Of a DNA stretch of 64,000 nt, positions 25,790 to 59,442 are shown piece after piece. Position 1 is the first letter of the stretch. Each line of letters begins with the position of its first letter. Made by a program: the position numbers and the translations under genes. A model generated the notes under the pieces. The model made no database searches. It was given only the letters and a program-made list of their open reading frames with translations, and was not told where the DNA came from. The DNA comes from Macrostomum lignano (taxonomy: Eukaryota): the NCBI GenBank assembly GCA_002269645.1, contig NIVC01000250.1:124001-188000 (forward strand), written 5' to 3'.

Positions 25790-26040
25790 TTCTTTTTTGC
25801 TAGAGACAAGGTGCAAAATCATACCCTATGCTCACTTTTAGGGTTTTATGATTTTAAGGCTTAAAATGCAGTTTCTTTTTTTTCTTATATAAAGGCAGTG
25901 CAAAAAAGGCTTCAACAGAAAAATAGGTAATGAGATCACACCTAAACTGTATCATCAACTTTTTAATTTCAATTTTCAAGGTGCAATTTTTAAATTTAGG
26001 GTGCATATGCACACTTTGCGCTTAAAAAATAAACCTAGGA
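25790..26040. mobile_element. Diverged relative of the 20139-20366 MITE
   Basis: The right end read in reverse (CCTAGGTTTATTTTTTAAGCGCAAAGTGTGCATATGCACCC...AAAAATTGCAC) aligns loosely with the MITE start. Confidence 0.4.
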
Positions 26041-28050
26041 CTTAGGCCTAGTTAATTTTAAAATAAACTTTATTTTATTTTATAAGTATTCATCATTAAA
26101 TTAGTTTTATGAATTATATCAATATTATTTATCAATCTTAATTGGCAACAATTATTTTTCTATTTCATTTCAGCCTAACATTACATGACCCATCCTCAAA
26201 CTTGGATGTCACCTTGGTCTTGCATTTGAAGAAGCTTGCAAAGCTACTTGGAATTTGAATTTAATATCTCAAATGCTACCTTTTGTGAAGCAATGGTAAG
26301 TTTTAGTTATAAACTTATTTTTTTCTGTCATCAAAATCTATCAAAATCTATTACAAAATCTGTCATCAATCTGTTATAAAATTCTGTAATTTAACCCCTT
26401 TCTTTTCTAAGGTTGCTCACCTGACCTGAAGAAGCAGCATTCTGGCAATTGGCAGCAGCATGTTTCTGACTGTTCTAATTCTGATGCATTATATTATTGT
26501 TAATTAATGCTATTGACAATGTCAATTTCAAATTATATATTATATCATATGCGCAGTGCAACTCTAAAGATATCAATATTTACATCAGTGTGTTTATTCT
26601 TTGTGTGCCAGTGACTCACTACTGTACATAAATACACCTTACATCGTTTTTGAATATTGAATTTTGAATTTTGAATTTTTGTGCAGAAATATTTTTGGCT
26701 ATAGCTAGTGTTTTATCTGTGTTTCAGTTTCTTTTATATGGTATTGAGATCTGGGGTTCGTATGAAATTTTGAGATCTGGTATTATTTTGAGATTTAGGA
26801 TGCAACAATTTATTATGGCAACCAGTATAATGGCTGCTTATTCAATGACAATGTGGATTCTATGTGAAATACATAATTACTTCCATATGGATCTTCCATG
26901 TGGAATCCATATCTTGATTCCACATGGATGGACGGAGACAAATGCACATATGGATTTCATATGAAAAATCCACATGGAATCCATATCATTTTTTTCACTG
27001 GGCTATGTACACAAATGATACGTCATTCTGCTCACAGTGACAACAGGAAGCTGGATTTGGCAAAAAAGTGACAAAAATTGGACCTGGGATAGAAGAGAAC
27101 AAGCTAAAGGGGATAATTAGGGACTCCGAATTAATTACGAGCTGAAGTTTAAATAATCGTCCAATAAATAATTTGGTTCAATAAATTATTTTTAATATGA
27201 TGACTCAATAGCCGATTCCTCAGAGGGGATCGAAAATGAAAATGGGATTTTGTGTAAACTTAAAGATAGTAAGAATTTAGTATATTTAGATTGTAATAAA
27301 AATAGAAAAGATCAACATTTATTGCTTTTCCGACGCTTTTCGACAAACTTTAGTTATCAACAGGGCGTACTGTTTATTTGGATTATTGTTCAATAAATTA
27401 TTTGGTTGATCAGGTTCAAACAAGCAAAGTTGAACATTGAAGCAAACATTTCACGTACCTGTACAATCCAATGTGCATGTCAAGGGTATAGAGAAAAAAG
27501 AAGTCCGGTTGTAAAGTCAGTACATGCATGTACATTATTGTAGTTGTAGTTGAGAGTGCTCCCACTTTCAACTGCACCCTCAGCAGGCCCGCACCACTGC
27601 TGTGTTGCAATTAATTAATTGAGTACATGTATTGAGATTACAGGTTTTTTTAACATGCATCGATTCCAGTATTTTTAGTCAATTTGTTCGCTCTCACAAC
27701 ACTGTTTGCAAGCCAGCAGATGGTCCTGAATAACATGCAGATATTGAGCCCGTTCTATAAAGCCATCGTAAGATAAGATCGTTCTTAGCTCCTATCTCCG
27801 CAGTGTAAAAGTTTCGACGAACGATCGAACTTACGCTACGACAGCTTTATACTACGACCCCATTGTTTTTAGCCAATGCTCCAATTAACCCTATGCAGGA
27901 AATGTTCTGTGTTCAACGTACAGAACAAAGTAAATTTGTAAACGACACCTGTAGATAGGGCGCGTGTAACACTGGATTTGAGTCTGCAAATGTATATTGG
28001 CCAACTTTGGTAGTGCGAAAGACAACTTTAACCTTAATGTTGTACCATTT

Positions 28051-28385
28051 TTTATTATTGGCGCACTTTAAGCGACATAGGCACACAACCAGCGAGAGGC
28101 ATTGCTGCCCATTCCGCCGACTCCCCTGAGCAGGCATACAAGCGCGTGGATACGTACGCAGGCACACACTCACACAGGAGTGTACAGCGGCCCTAACTCT
28201 ATATTATCGTTAGGCATGTACACTTCACTGCGCCTTGGGGGGTTGGCTCTCAAGGCCGTTAATTGCACGAGCAGAGCCAAGCCGAGATTCCAATTCAGCC
28301 CCAAATTAATGTGACTGCACTTGGAATCGAGCCTGGGTCGCTGGCACACCAGAGCAGCTGCGCTACCGCTGGGCTACGGGGGGAG
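28051..28385 (-). mobile_element. tRNA-derived SINE with 13-bp TSD TGTTGTACCATTT
   Basis: TSD at 28038-28050 and 28386-28398. A/B boxes present. Lacks the ~30-nt 3' segment seen in the other two full copies. Confidence 0.9.
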
Positions 28386-29381
28386 TGTTGTACCATTTGC
28401 GGAAGGCTTTTTCCATATTTCTTTCAAGAGGTTAGAACAATGATGGACCATAGAACGGCAAGACCATAACGGGATCATTGGGATGATAGCCATTATTGAC
28501 AACTTTGTTGGTGACAAAACTGTTCATTTCTTTGCTGATAATACCGATCCTCGGGAATTAATTCATCTGCAGGATTTTAGAGGGTCTCCACCTCCCCTTA
28601 TTGAGAATGCAATAATCCAAATATAAACAGCTTTCCCTGATATGATGACTAAAGTTAGTTGAAACGCGCGTCGGAAAATCAGCTCGTAAATGTTGATCAT
28701 TGCTTCTATTTTTATTACTTATTAAGAGTTCTCTTCCTCAGTATTAAGAGAGGCTCCTAAATGCTAGCGGTGGCCGATTGAGCTGGTGTCGGCCCGGATC
28801 CGGACGATCCCAAATTACTACTCGACCAACAATGAGAGAAGAACACAATCGAAAACCGCATGGCTCTGTATTAAATATTGTGATATGCATTTACGAGTAC
28901 ATACTTCAGTATATACTTTGTTAGTCAGTGTATGTGCAAGGACCACTGTATGTAACAGTTATTATACACTGTTTTATACAGTGGTCCTTGTGTACATGTG
29001 TACATGTCCAACTAAAATGCACGTATACACAATTTACGTATTGGAAAAAAATAATAAAAAAGGATCCTACAGCTAAAGTTGGTTTTGCTATAAATTTCGT
29101 ATTTTTAATTACGGTGACGTCTCATAGTGTACTTTCGGTCTTAAGAATACATTAAAATATTAATTCCAAATTAATTCCTAACTATATTAAAATATATTAA
29201 ATTAAGAATATATAACAATAATAAAATACTTTAAAATAAATCATAATTTAATCATAATTGTAGCAAAACTTGTAAATATAAACGTCAATTAATAAAAACT
29301 AATGAAGTATCTGCCTAATAAAACATTAAGATGTACTTTGTAAGAATTTTTAAGCCAGTGCAGATTGCTACAGCTCGTACG

Positions 29382-32090
29382 TCATTTTCTCGGCTGGTCG
29401 CTGCCGAACACCTCGACTTCGCAAAGAGTCAGCGGCACCGCTTTGTGGCTGTCAATGCGAACAACTTGGCCGTATGCGTGGCACTCGAACGTTCGCGCGG
29501 AAAAGTAGCCGTCGGAACGATAAGAAGCGCATTCGTGGCCGCCAACGCTGATTGAGAAATCGTTGAGTCTGTCAGAGCAGCAATCCAGGCGGTTGTAGAT
29601 TCGAACCTGCGTTACAAAGGCGGCTTGGCGCATTTGGCCCTGCCACCAGTTGTTGTGCGCACTCTCCGTGTGTGTGCACGAGCCAGCGTGGTAGTCCTGT
29701 TTCCGGATGCCATCAAATGCGCGTTTGCAGTCGCCACCAGAGGTAGTTGAGCTCTGACTACAACTATTGAACCTGAGCTGCTCTGCAATTTTATTGAGTT
29801 AGGGTCCGTTGCCTTTGTTGACAACTGTGGGATAAGTCTTGAGATCAGAGAACCCCTTTGCGACAGTATTTCTTAATATATGCATATATTGTGAGCTGCG
29901 CCTCGCAATGCCCTTGCCCCGACCCCTGCGCTCTCCGCCCCTCCTCTCCCTGCCACGGGTTTATTCTGGTTTGCCCCCTCCGTCTAAAGCTGCCATTCAT
30001 TTTATTTTCCTCATTTTCATTGGCCCACATTTTCATTGGCTGGCGTCTTTTAATCTCTCGCTCGCTTGGGCTAGTCCAATCATAGGTCTCGCCGCGGAGG
30101 CACCTGATTGGCTAGCCTTCCCCCTTCTTTCTCTCTCGCCCTTTAACTCTGTGAGTTTTTCCCCCCACCCCCCAGCCGTGCGTGGCTTAGCCCCACCCAG
30201 CCCCCTGCTCTCTCTCTACCACTTGTGCATGCTTGCGAAACTACAACATTGGTTGAGCAGAATAAAATATTAGAGACCACGCCTGTATGAGCGCGACAAG
30301 TGACCCCGCCCAGTAAGACAGCTAGTGTTTGTTTTCATTCATTTGTCCTATCTTCATTTCATTATCCACTTCTCTCGCCACCGTCTTCCTTCGGGTCTGC
30401 GAAGTGTCTGTACGCCTCCAGACCCGTGCTCACCTCTGCTGCTGCTGAGTGGCTACCTGCTCACACCCTCCTCATCCGAATCTGGCCCTCTCTCCGTGGG
30501 GCTGGACGAGTGTCTGTACGCTCCCAGCCTCTCCGCCTCCCCCTCGAAGTGTCCGTACGCCTCAGGGGTCGCCAATCTCTCGCCTATCCCACCCGGCAAG
30601 CTCTGGGCAGTCCAGTACCCGAACCCCTGATCACCCCGTCTGCGGCCCGCATGGACGGAAGCAGAAAATGCAACACATATATGTATACTTGTTACGAGGG
30701 TATATTGAAAATCCTAGCTCGTACTTACTTGATGGCAGAGATATGTCTTCCTTAACCTTTCCAAACGCCTGGACTTCGCACAAAGTCAAAGACGTCGGCC
30801 TCCGATTAACAATTTTGATTGTCTGACCGGCGCCTTCGCACGGGAGCGTCAGCACCGAGAAGAACGAGCTCGGCTCCGAGCGATACGATGCGCATTCGTG
30901 ACCGTCGATGAGTACGGCAAAGTCCGACAGCCTTTCCGAGCAGCAGTCCAGTCTGTTGTAGATTCGGACGTGAGTCACTTCGCTGGTCTTGGTCAGGTGG
31001 CCCTGCCACCAGCCTCGCTCCTGGTTGGTGTGACTGCAGGACTTGTAACTGTAATCTTGCTTGGTGCTGCCGTCGATGGCTCGGTCGCAGACGCCTTCAG
31101 CTGAAGTTGAACTCTGCGAGCAAGAGTCGAATGCTAGGCGCTCTGAAATCGGTGCATGGCTCTCTTTTAAGTCTTTTTTTTGAGCTCGAAATGTTTTGGG
31201 CAAGCACTTACGAGCTGCCCTATGAACACCCAAACTAACTTTTCTTTCCGTGAGGAGAGCAGCGGCTTTGTACTCGTACGCGCGTAGATGGAAGTGAAAT
31301 TATTATTTTTTATTTCAAATCCAGATTTTTATCTCACCTCCGATCGCGGGCAGGCTCACGACCTCGCCGAAGACTTGTACTTCACACAACGAGAATGCCG
31401 AATCCCTGTGACTTTGAATTCGAAGCACCTCGCCAACTCTGTCAACATTGAATGTGTTATGCGAGAAGGGTTCGCCTCGATAAGCAGCACTCAGATGGCC
31501 ATCGATATAGATGGAGAAGTAGTCCAGTCGCTCCGAGCAGCAGTCCATTCGGTTGTAGATGCGAATCTGCTTGAAGTGCGTGAGTCGCTCGGCTCGAGCC
31601 TGCCACCAGCTCTGGGGCGTCGCCGTATGAGTGCACGAGCCGGCGTGATAGTCCTGGTTGGTGTTGCCATCGATCGCTCGAACGCATTTGGCGTCGTTAT
31701 GGGTTGAGCTCTGCTTGCACTCAAACAGCTGGATTTGCTGATCTGAAATGACGGAATTCCGTGTTGTAGTGATTCACGGTATTAATACATGCTCGTACAG
31801 TGTAGGGTGAACTCTACCGGAGGCGCGAGCCATGGACAATTCGTTGTCACGTGCTGCGACCGCAGATTTTTTCACATGCATTGCTTATAAAGTTAATGCA
31901 TTGTCCCATGCTGTACGCTCATTACTTAAGGCTACTAAAAACACATTCAATCAGACGAATGAATTTGCATCTAAAAGAAGCAAAAAAGACAAGCCCGCTT
32001 ACAAACGGCGCCATCCGCAGGTTGAGTAGCACGGTTAAACACCAACGCTGCAAGAAGCAACGATAGAATCATTTTCGATGACATCGTCAT
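29382..32090 (-). CDS. Secreted triple F-type lectin (fucolectin/FTP domain) protein, 435 aa; exons 32090-32003, 31742-31338, 31142-30729, 29782-29382
   Basis: Exon 1 encodes a signal-peptide-like MTMSSKMILSLLLAALVFNRATQPADGAV. Each following exon encodes one domain (C.QSST..A.DG..Q DY..SC.HT..WWQ..RIYNR.DCC..RL..LCEV..FG) carrying the F-type fucose-binding H..RxDxxxxR motif. All introns are phase 1 and GT-AG. Total 1308 nt. Confidence 0.92.
29826..30651. mobile_element. Possible solo LTR in lectin intron 3
   Basis: 826-bp GC-richer block bounded by TGTGGG..CCCGCA, with CCAAT/ATTGG boxes and AATAAA. Removing it leaves a ~120-bp intron comparable to the gene's other introns. No clean TSD. Confidence 0.4.
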
Positions 32091-33436
32091 CTATATAATA
32101 ATATATCGGGGCAGTAAGTGTAGTTTAAAGCAATCTTAGTAAGTATGTCTATTGCAAGTTTTATTAGCCACTGCACTCTGCTTGTGAAGGTCAAGTGTAT
32201 AAGCTGTCAAAACTGGAAGTCCCGTCATCAAAATGGCTGTGCGGCATTGCATTTGACTATTATTTTATACGCTCGTATAGCTTTCAATACTGGTTGATAA
32301 GATTCTAGTGGGCAATGACTCAAACTCTTTCTTGGAAAATCTCTAGTCGTTCTGTGTTCATAGCAACAAACATGTACACTGCAGCAAGCGTGCGTAGCAA
32401 ATGAAGCAAAATGAGCTTCAGTTAAAACCTTCTCAAAGCAGTGATTCGAAGTCTAATTAAAACTTGAGAAACACAAAATAATCTTTTTAAATGGTTCTAT
32501 ATGTATTTACTTTAGTCTTCTAATCTGCTTCTAATCGGGCACACTTTAACAGAGAAAATTGCCGCAAATAAGATTAGCTTTTTAGAAACCTCCAGGCAAT
32601 AGATAACTATCAAGCTATTGCAGTAGTTACATTAAACTAGCTCAGTTAGGCCATGTCAATTAATAGCACAGGGCGTGTTCATTATCACACACGGTGATTT
32701 CCATGGTTACAGGCAATAATTCTGAACTCACAGCAGGCTTTGTATAATCTATATTGCCATGTAATATTTCACGGTTGATTGATCTGCTTCTGCAGACTTG
32801 ACAACCTCTTTAAATTTCAACCTTTCATTTAAACAGTGACTGACCTCATGGATGTGAATGCGAAAAGCATTGACCAAGCGCGGGATGCCCCAATGGAAGA
32901 ACTCTATAGGGAGAGGCCCAAAAATCCATCGCCCATATTTTCACTGCAGTTCAGTCTTCGTGTCCTGTTCAGAACCATGGTCCAGGGGAGTCGGCACGGA
33001 GACTGACGCAGCTGAGTTTATATTCATTCACTTTTCACAAGGCTATCAGAATTTCAGCGAAATTGTGTTATTATGGCTGACGAAATGTATATACAACCGT
33101 CAGGTGGAGTTTTGTACGATCATACCACCAGGGGTTGCTAGGACAATTCTGGCCATAATGAAAAAGCCATTACCCCTAGAAAAAGCCAATATGTATCTGT
33201 TCGATAGTTAGACTGCTTCCGGAGTATATTTTGACTGCAGAGTTTTTTGCATATGAGTGTTAGTAAACACATTTAATCTGCTCTAGTTAACGATGAACAA
33301 GAAAAACCATGGATTAAAGGACGCTGCGCCGGCGTCAAAAATTTTCTATGCTCTTCGATTTTGTTTACATCTTACTGGTAAATGCATTTGCAACACATGG
33401 TATATGGAATCGAGTGGAACTCTAATAATTCAACCT

Positions 33437-33616
33437 CAGGGACTACTCAAACACCGGGACGGGAAACTAAAATTTTTTTACGAGGCTGGCTGGCAATTAT
33501 TTTCATTAGAGAGATGCTGTGTTACTTTGTTGTCTATGGTTATTTTCTACTGCTGATGATAGACCAGCCTCGTAAAAAAATTCTAGTTTCCCGTCCCGGT
33601 GTTTGAGTAGTCCCTG
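33437..33616. mobile_element. 180-bp hAT-type MITE, 53-bp TIRs (1 mismatch), 8-bp TSD TTCAACCT
   Basis: Arms at 33437-33489 and 33564-33616, beginning CAGGG. Identical 8-mers flank both ends. Confidence 0.92.
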
Positions 33617-34534
33617 TTCAACCTCTAGGCGCTTAAATCCGGCGTGATTTGCGCGTATCAGCAGGACTTGTGTCCGACTACACAGGCCTGCTATCCGACG
33701 AGTATTCAGATCAGAAGACAGCTAGAAGTGATTGAGTCTCGGTCTTCAAATGTTTCGACGAAAAGGTCGCTTCCGCATTGAAGTACGATAAATTCTCAGA
33801 CACTGCGTGAGTTTATTGAGACAGTAGCGAGATTTTGGAAGATTAGATTAGTTTGGAAGACTAAGAGATCCAGCTCGAAAGCGTTGCGCAAGGGTGTTAG
33901 AAGTCCTCCTGAAAACTTTTATTAAAGCAGTACTTAATATATTAAGCAGTTAGTTACAGAGCAGAAGTGCTGAAGAGACATTCTACCTGCTGACAGGTCG
34001 GAGAAAGATTTCTTCGCTCGCATCGCAAATTCGCAAGTAGCTATAACTTGATCGTGTCGGAAGTCTGGAAAACTGCTATTTATCTATCTCGGCGTAAACT
34101 AGATGCTTTTTGGCTTTATCAAAATCTTCCTTAGTCCTCACTTACATGTACGATTCTTAATCTCTGCTGCATGCTCGCAAATTCTCTCACACGCAGAAAT
34201 ATAAACAGATTTCCGTAATTTCACTAAAATAACATGATTATATATTTATCATATGGAAACAACTTGTAAATCTGATATTGCTGTTGAAATGTGTTTGACG
34301 TCTCAGACTCAGCCAAGATTATGCCTTTGCAGAGCTGCTGAGCACTAATTATTCTGCACCCTCGTACATGTAGCTCGTACATGTGGTCCGTTGAAGAGAT
34401 ATTGATGTGCTGTTGCGATATGAACGATAAGATTTTTGTGTAACAAAAGGTGCTTGTAACAAGGACTACAAAATTATTCGAAGAACTCTTTGACATCCGA
34501 TCGTGACAGAGGCTCTGTCGCACTGGTGACCGGT

Positions 34535-34640
34535 CATTTCGTCAAAAACCTTTTCGTCAAAAGCCTTTTACATCAAAAAGTCATTTCGTCATTTCGTCAA
34601 AAGCCTTTTACATCAAAAAGTCATTTCGTCATTTCGTCAG
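34535..34640 (+). repeat. Short direct repeats (TTTCGTCAAAAG..TTTTACATCAAAAAGTCATTTCGTCA) x2+
   Basis: ~40-nt duplication with internal TTTCGTCA motifs; probably a transposon subterminal remnant. Confidence 0.55.
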
Positions 34641-35797
34641 TGTTGTAAACAGATACTGTAGAAGTATAACACTTGTTTTAAGGGATGTTTCTAAGAAAAA
34701 CTATTTTAATTTTTAAAACTTCTTTTTCATTTCAAAGCAAGTGCTTCTAAGAAACACGCTTATTTCTAAGAAACACGCATGCTGATCAGCTGATGCCTGT
34801 CTTGCAGGTAATGTGGTACCATTTACCACAGGTATCACAGTCAATTGCTGGATCAGAATTTCTCACTGCCTTTCTACACTCAGGACAGCGAGATATCTGC
34901 CTTGTTTGTGGCATAACAATAATTAATATTTGTCAATCGCGCAGCTGATTAAAATAATCTCTACCTATAAAAATAACCAAAATTATGCTGAAATGAAGAT
35001 TTTATAAATTAGGCGCAAAAAACACTTTTTATAGAGGAATCAGAGAAGTAAATATTTAGTGATTGACGTTTCATTTTTATATCAAGACGATGCCAAAACC
35101 TTGCATAAGGCTACATGCATGGGCAGTGGCTATCAGTGGATCGAAGTTGTAATAAAAAACGTGGAACAGTAAATAATAAAGAAAAAATAAATGTTAAAAT
35201 TTGGAAACAGGAAAATTGAGATTCTGAAATGTTATTAATAATTTAGTGAAATCGCGCTTGTGCGCTTAAAAATTTAGGAGTGACAATTTATAAGTTACAT
35301 TTTCATTATTTTTTTCTAAAAAAGCACTTACCCACAGTGAAAAAACATGTTAACCGAGAGAATTTCAAAAAAAAATTCAGAGCGTGAAAAATTTTATCAA
35401 GGTAAATTTAGCCATTTAGTTTGCCGAATAATTACTGTTAAACTACTGTTAAAGTGTTTATATCTTACTGTTCAGTGATCTTTAAACAATATAAACTTAG
35501 ACTTGAACTTTTAGTCTACTAAGTACCCATACCCGATCTGTTTGAATTTTAAGTAAACGAATTAGCAAATTATTTTTTCCTGTATCAATGGGTCCCAGTA
35601 ACTTATTCTTTAATCAAATAAGGCGCAAAATAAAGCAAGCTTTTCTATCTTTTCTGACTGTTAAGATTACAGAACAGTAAGCCTTTTTTAACGTCTTGAC
35701 TCCCTGCTTCGCGTGTAAAGTTAAAAACAAAATTTAAAAATTTTAATAATTATATTCGCAATAAAATTTCAGGTTATAAGGCCGAACCGTCACTGCA

Positions 35798-56741
<20,944 letters not shown>

Positions 56742-57248
56742 CGCTGAAAAAATGTCCTGGCCTTAGTGACACAAATGAATTGAAGTCATCAATCAATATT
56801 GTTTACATTCTGCAACTTTATTGCATGTTAAAACAGCCATTGACAATTTGCTATAGCAAAAAAAAACAAAATAAGCCCAACTAACAAATTGTTAGGTCTA
56901 ACCTAACAAATTGTTAGTGGGATGAGGCTGAGGTTGTAGTAGTTATTTAGTATTCAGCTAGACTTCGACTCAGACTCAGTAGGGTGCTAAGTTAACGTGA
57001 GCTTTTGTTGTGGCTTAGCTATAGGTATCTGAATATTTATGTATAAGTTGTTGCCACCATTACTGACAATTTTTTTTTGTTATCGCAAAATAGTTCACAA
57101 TTAATTCGTATATCGTCTCCACACGGAAATTGATAAAAACAGTTTCATTAAAACAAGTTTGAACAAATTTTGAAGTCACTGACTAAAATTTATTGTTAAA
57201 TATTCAGCACCAAAACGTTATTTATTTTTTAACCTGAATTTTGTGTTT

Positions 57249-57300
57249 GAAGACTATACCGTACGAGTATAGTCTTCACTATACTCGTACGGTATAGTCT
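57249..57300. other. Perfect 23-bp-stem palindrome with 4-nt loop, built from a smaller hairpin
   Basis: AGACTATACCGTACGAGTATAGT-CTTC-ACTATACTCGTACGGTATAGTCT (57251-57300). Confidence 0.95.
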
Positions 57301-57405
57301 CTACCTTTAGTAACCTCAAGTAGCCTCTACCTTTCTCTTCCAACTCGGTATAGAAAGCTACAAGGTGTACTAAGTTTACAGAACTGTTTTTTAGAATTTT
57401 CAAAT

Positions 57406-59200
57406 TGATGGGTTCGGCCTTTTTAAGCCTGTAGCTTCGGGCCTCAGAACTTAGAAATGAATCACTTGGAATTCTGGCCTCACTCCTGTCAGATGGTCAG
57501 CCTCATGGTAGCTAGATTGTGGGCGAGCAGCAAGGTCCTACAGCTAAGAGAACAGAAGACAGCGAGAGACAAGCAGGGAGAATTTGAAAGTAGAGATTAG
57601 CTAGTCCGCGGATGAGATAACCCGCTGCCACCAGTCCGTGCGCCCCGGCTCACCAAACCGGAGCTATATCGAAATCGGACTTCCGACTAGAGGGGCACTG
57701 CACTTACCTGCCATTCTAGTGTCTTTTAGCTGTCTAAATCTCGAAGTCATAGCCGAATAGAAGGGACGCTGCTGGGACTAAGATTGCATTGGCCATGCAG
57801 GGACAGAGAGGACTTTTGCAGGGGGTTCTTGCGCTGGCGAGCCTTCATACACTACTAAATGTACTATCTCATTACCAAATTCCCAGAAGTACATGTAAGT
57901 ACACGCAACTGCACGCTTTTGGCACTAAATGTGTTAACACGTCGACAGATAGCGATGATGTAGATGTATTGTTACCTTTTGGAGACCTTCAGACTAATAT
58001 TTAACTCGTTTTAGCCGCTCAGCTGCCTGAGACCGCGCGAGAGCACCAGTCTGGCACTTAATTTGCATGCCTATCATGATTTCCTAGGTTGACCGATTGA
58101 CTGGGAACTGTGCCGCTTCCGTTCCACTGTGACCCCTGCCTCTAGATCTAGCCGCTCATCTCAGCTGGCATTGCGAAAAAGAAAGAAAACGCTAAGTCTT
58201 TAACTTCCAGATTTAACTTTCTCACTTAATTCGCAATCCTAAACACCTTAGATTGAGTTAGAGTGAATGGCTACTTTTAATATTAACTGACACTTCTGCC
58301 TCGAGTTTGACACACAAAAGCAAGTGAGCAAAAGTGCAAATCCTATCAGACTACTAGGAAGGGGTCAGACAAAGGGCGCACCCAGTTAAGTAGGTCAAGA
58401 AAGCCTCTCACCCAACCAATCAGAGGTCCTAACTGCCGGTAGCCAAGGAATCCAGAGAGACCGAAGCGCTCAGATGGGATGCTGCTGCTGATCTTAACTG
58501 ACGAGTGCCGCCGTTACTCTTCACTTGCCGATTGTTGTTGTTGCTCTTTGTTCACACGGCCGAGAAGTGCTGGTGAAACCTCTCAAGGGGAACTTAGCTG
58601 TTGAAGCCGAAACTGCCGGGGAAAGGGGGATCAGACGTCGAAGACGCTGCAGAAGCCGAAGGGGATCAGTTCGGCAGGTCTGGCCAAGGCCAAGGTAAGA
58701 AAAACGGCCGGGCTTCTCGAGCGCGGTTCGAGTTAGTTGCCGCCTTTTATAGCTCTCACGTGGCCGATTTGTTATAACGCACGCCGAATTTTCTGATTGG
58801 CTGAGAGCTTTTGTTAAAATAGGCGCCGAATTTTCTGATTGGTCGAGCCGAGGGCAGTCAGGTCGACTCTGATTGGCTGAGCTCAAGACCCCAAAACCCA
58901 CCCCACCAGGTGGCCTTCAGACCCCAGGGAAGTTGACAGGTGCGGTCATAAATATGCGCAAAACATAATAAAAGTCACTTGTCCAGACATCCTGGCGCCA
59001 AAAGTGACAGCAAAACGCCCATAAATCAAAGGAGAAAGTAACAGAGCCAGTGGGAAGAAAGCTGGAAAGACCTCGTTGACCCAGACAGGCTGGAGCCAAA
59101 AGTGACAGCTAGACCGCCATAAATCACTAAAAACAGTGAAAAAGCCGCAAATCTGGGGGTCAGAATGGGGTTGAAAACATTCCTCCCAGACTTAGTGTCG
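57406..59200 (-). mobile_element. LTR-like promoter element, copy A (sense on minus)
   Basis: Colinear inverse homology with 60400-62214. Ends ..CCCATCA in sense. AGCCAATCAG-type boxes, CTATAAAA at 58745-58752 and GCAG|GTAAGT at 57708. The upstream boundary is approximate. Confidence 0.6.
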
Positions 59201-59442
59201 CCTGTCTAGACTGTTAGAGGTCAATCCGTCTCAAACCCAGACAGTCTGATGACCTTCAAAGATGCGTAAGCAATCCAAAATTAGAATCGTAAAAGAAGTA
59301 CATTGAATATTTAACATAATTAATAGTAATGTCATAAATTAGTATAAAACTGCCTAGATGAGAGGATGGAGGGAATTTCTAAGCTAGCCTACTGACAGTA
59401 GGGGAAAAGCGCATCGAAGCAAAATGCGCAGTTCTAAGATTG

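Larger units (their letters stand above)
24079..27002. mobile_element. ~2.9-kb non-autonomous CACTA/EnSpm-like DNA transposon
   Basis: Termini CCCAGTGAAAAATGAT and ATCATTTTTTTCACTGGG form an imperfect TIR, both flanked by CT (2-bp TSD). Clusters of TTCCACATGGA/TCCATGTGGAA-like subterminal repeats at both ends. No intact transposase. Confidence 0.7.

Noticed and set aside
26671-26964. 97-aa hydrophobic ORF
   Set aside because: AT-rich subterminal region of the CACTA-like element, overlapping its repeats. No recognisable motif.
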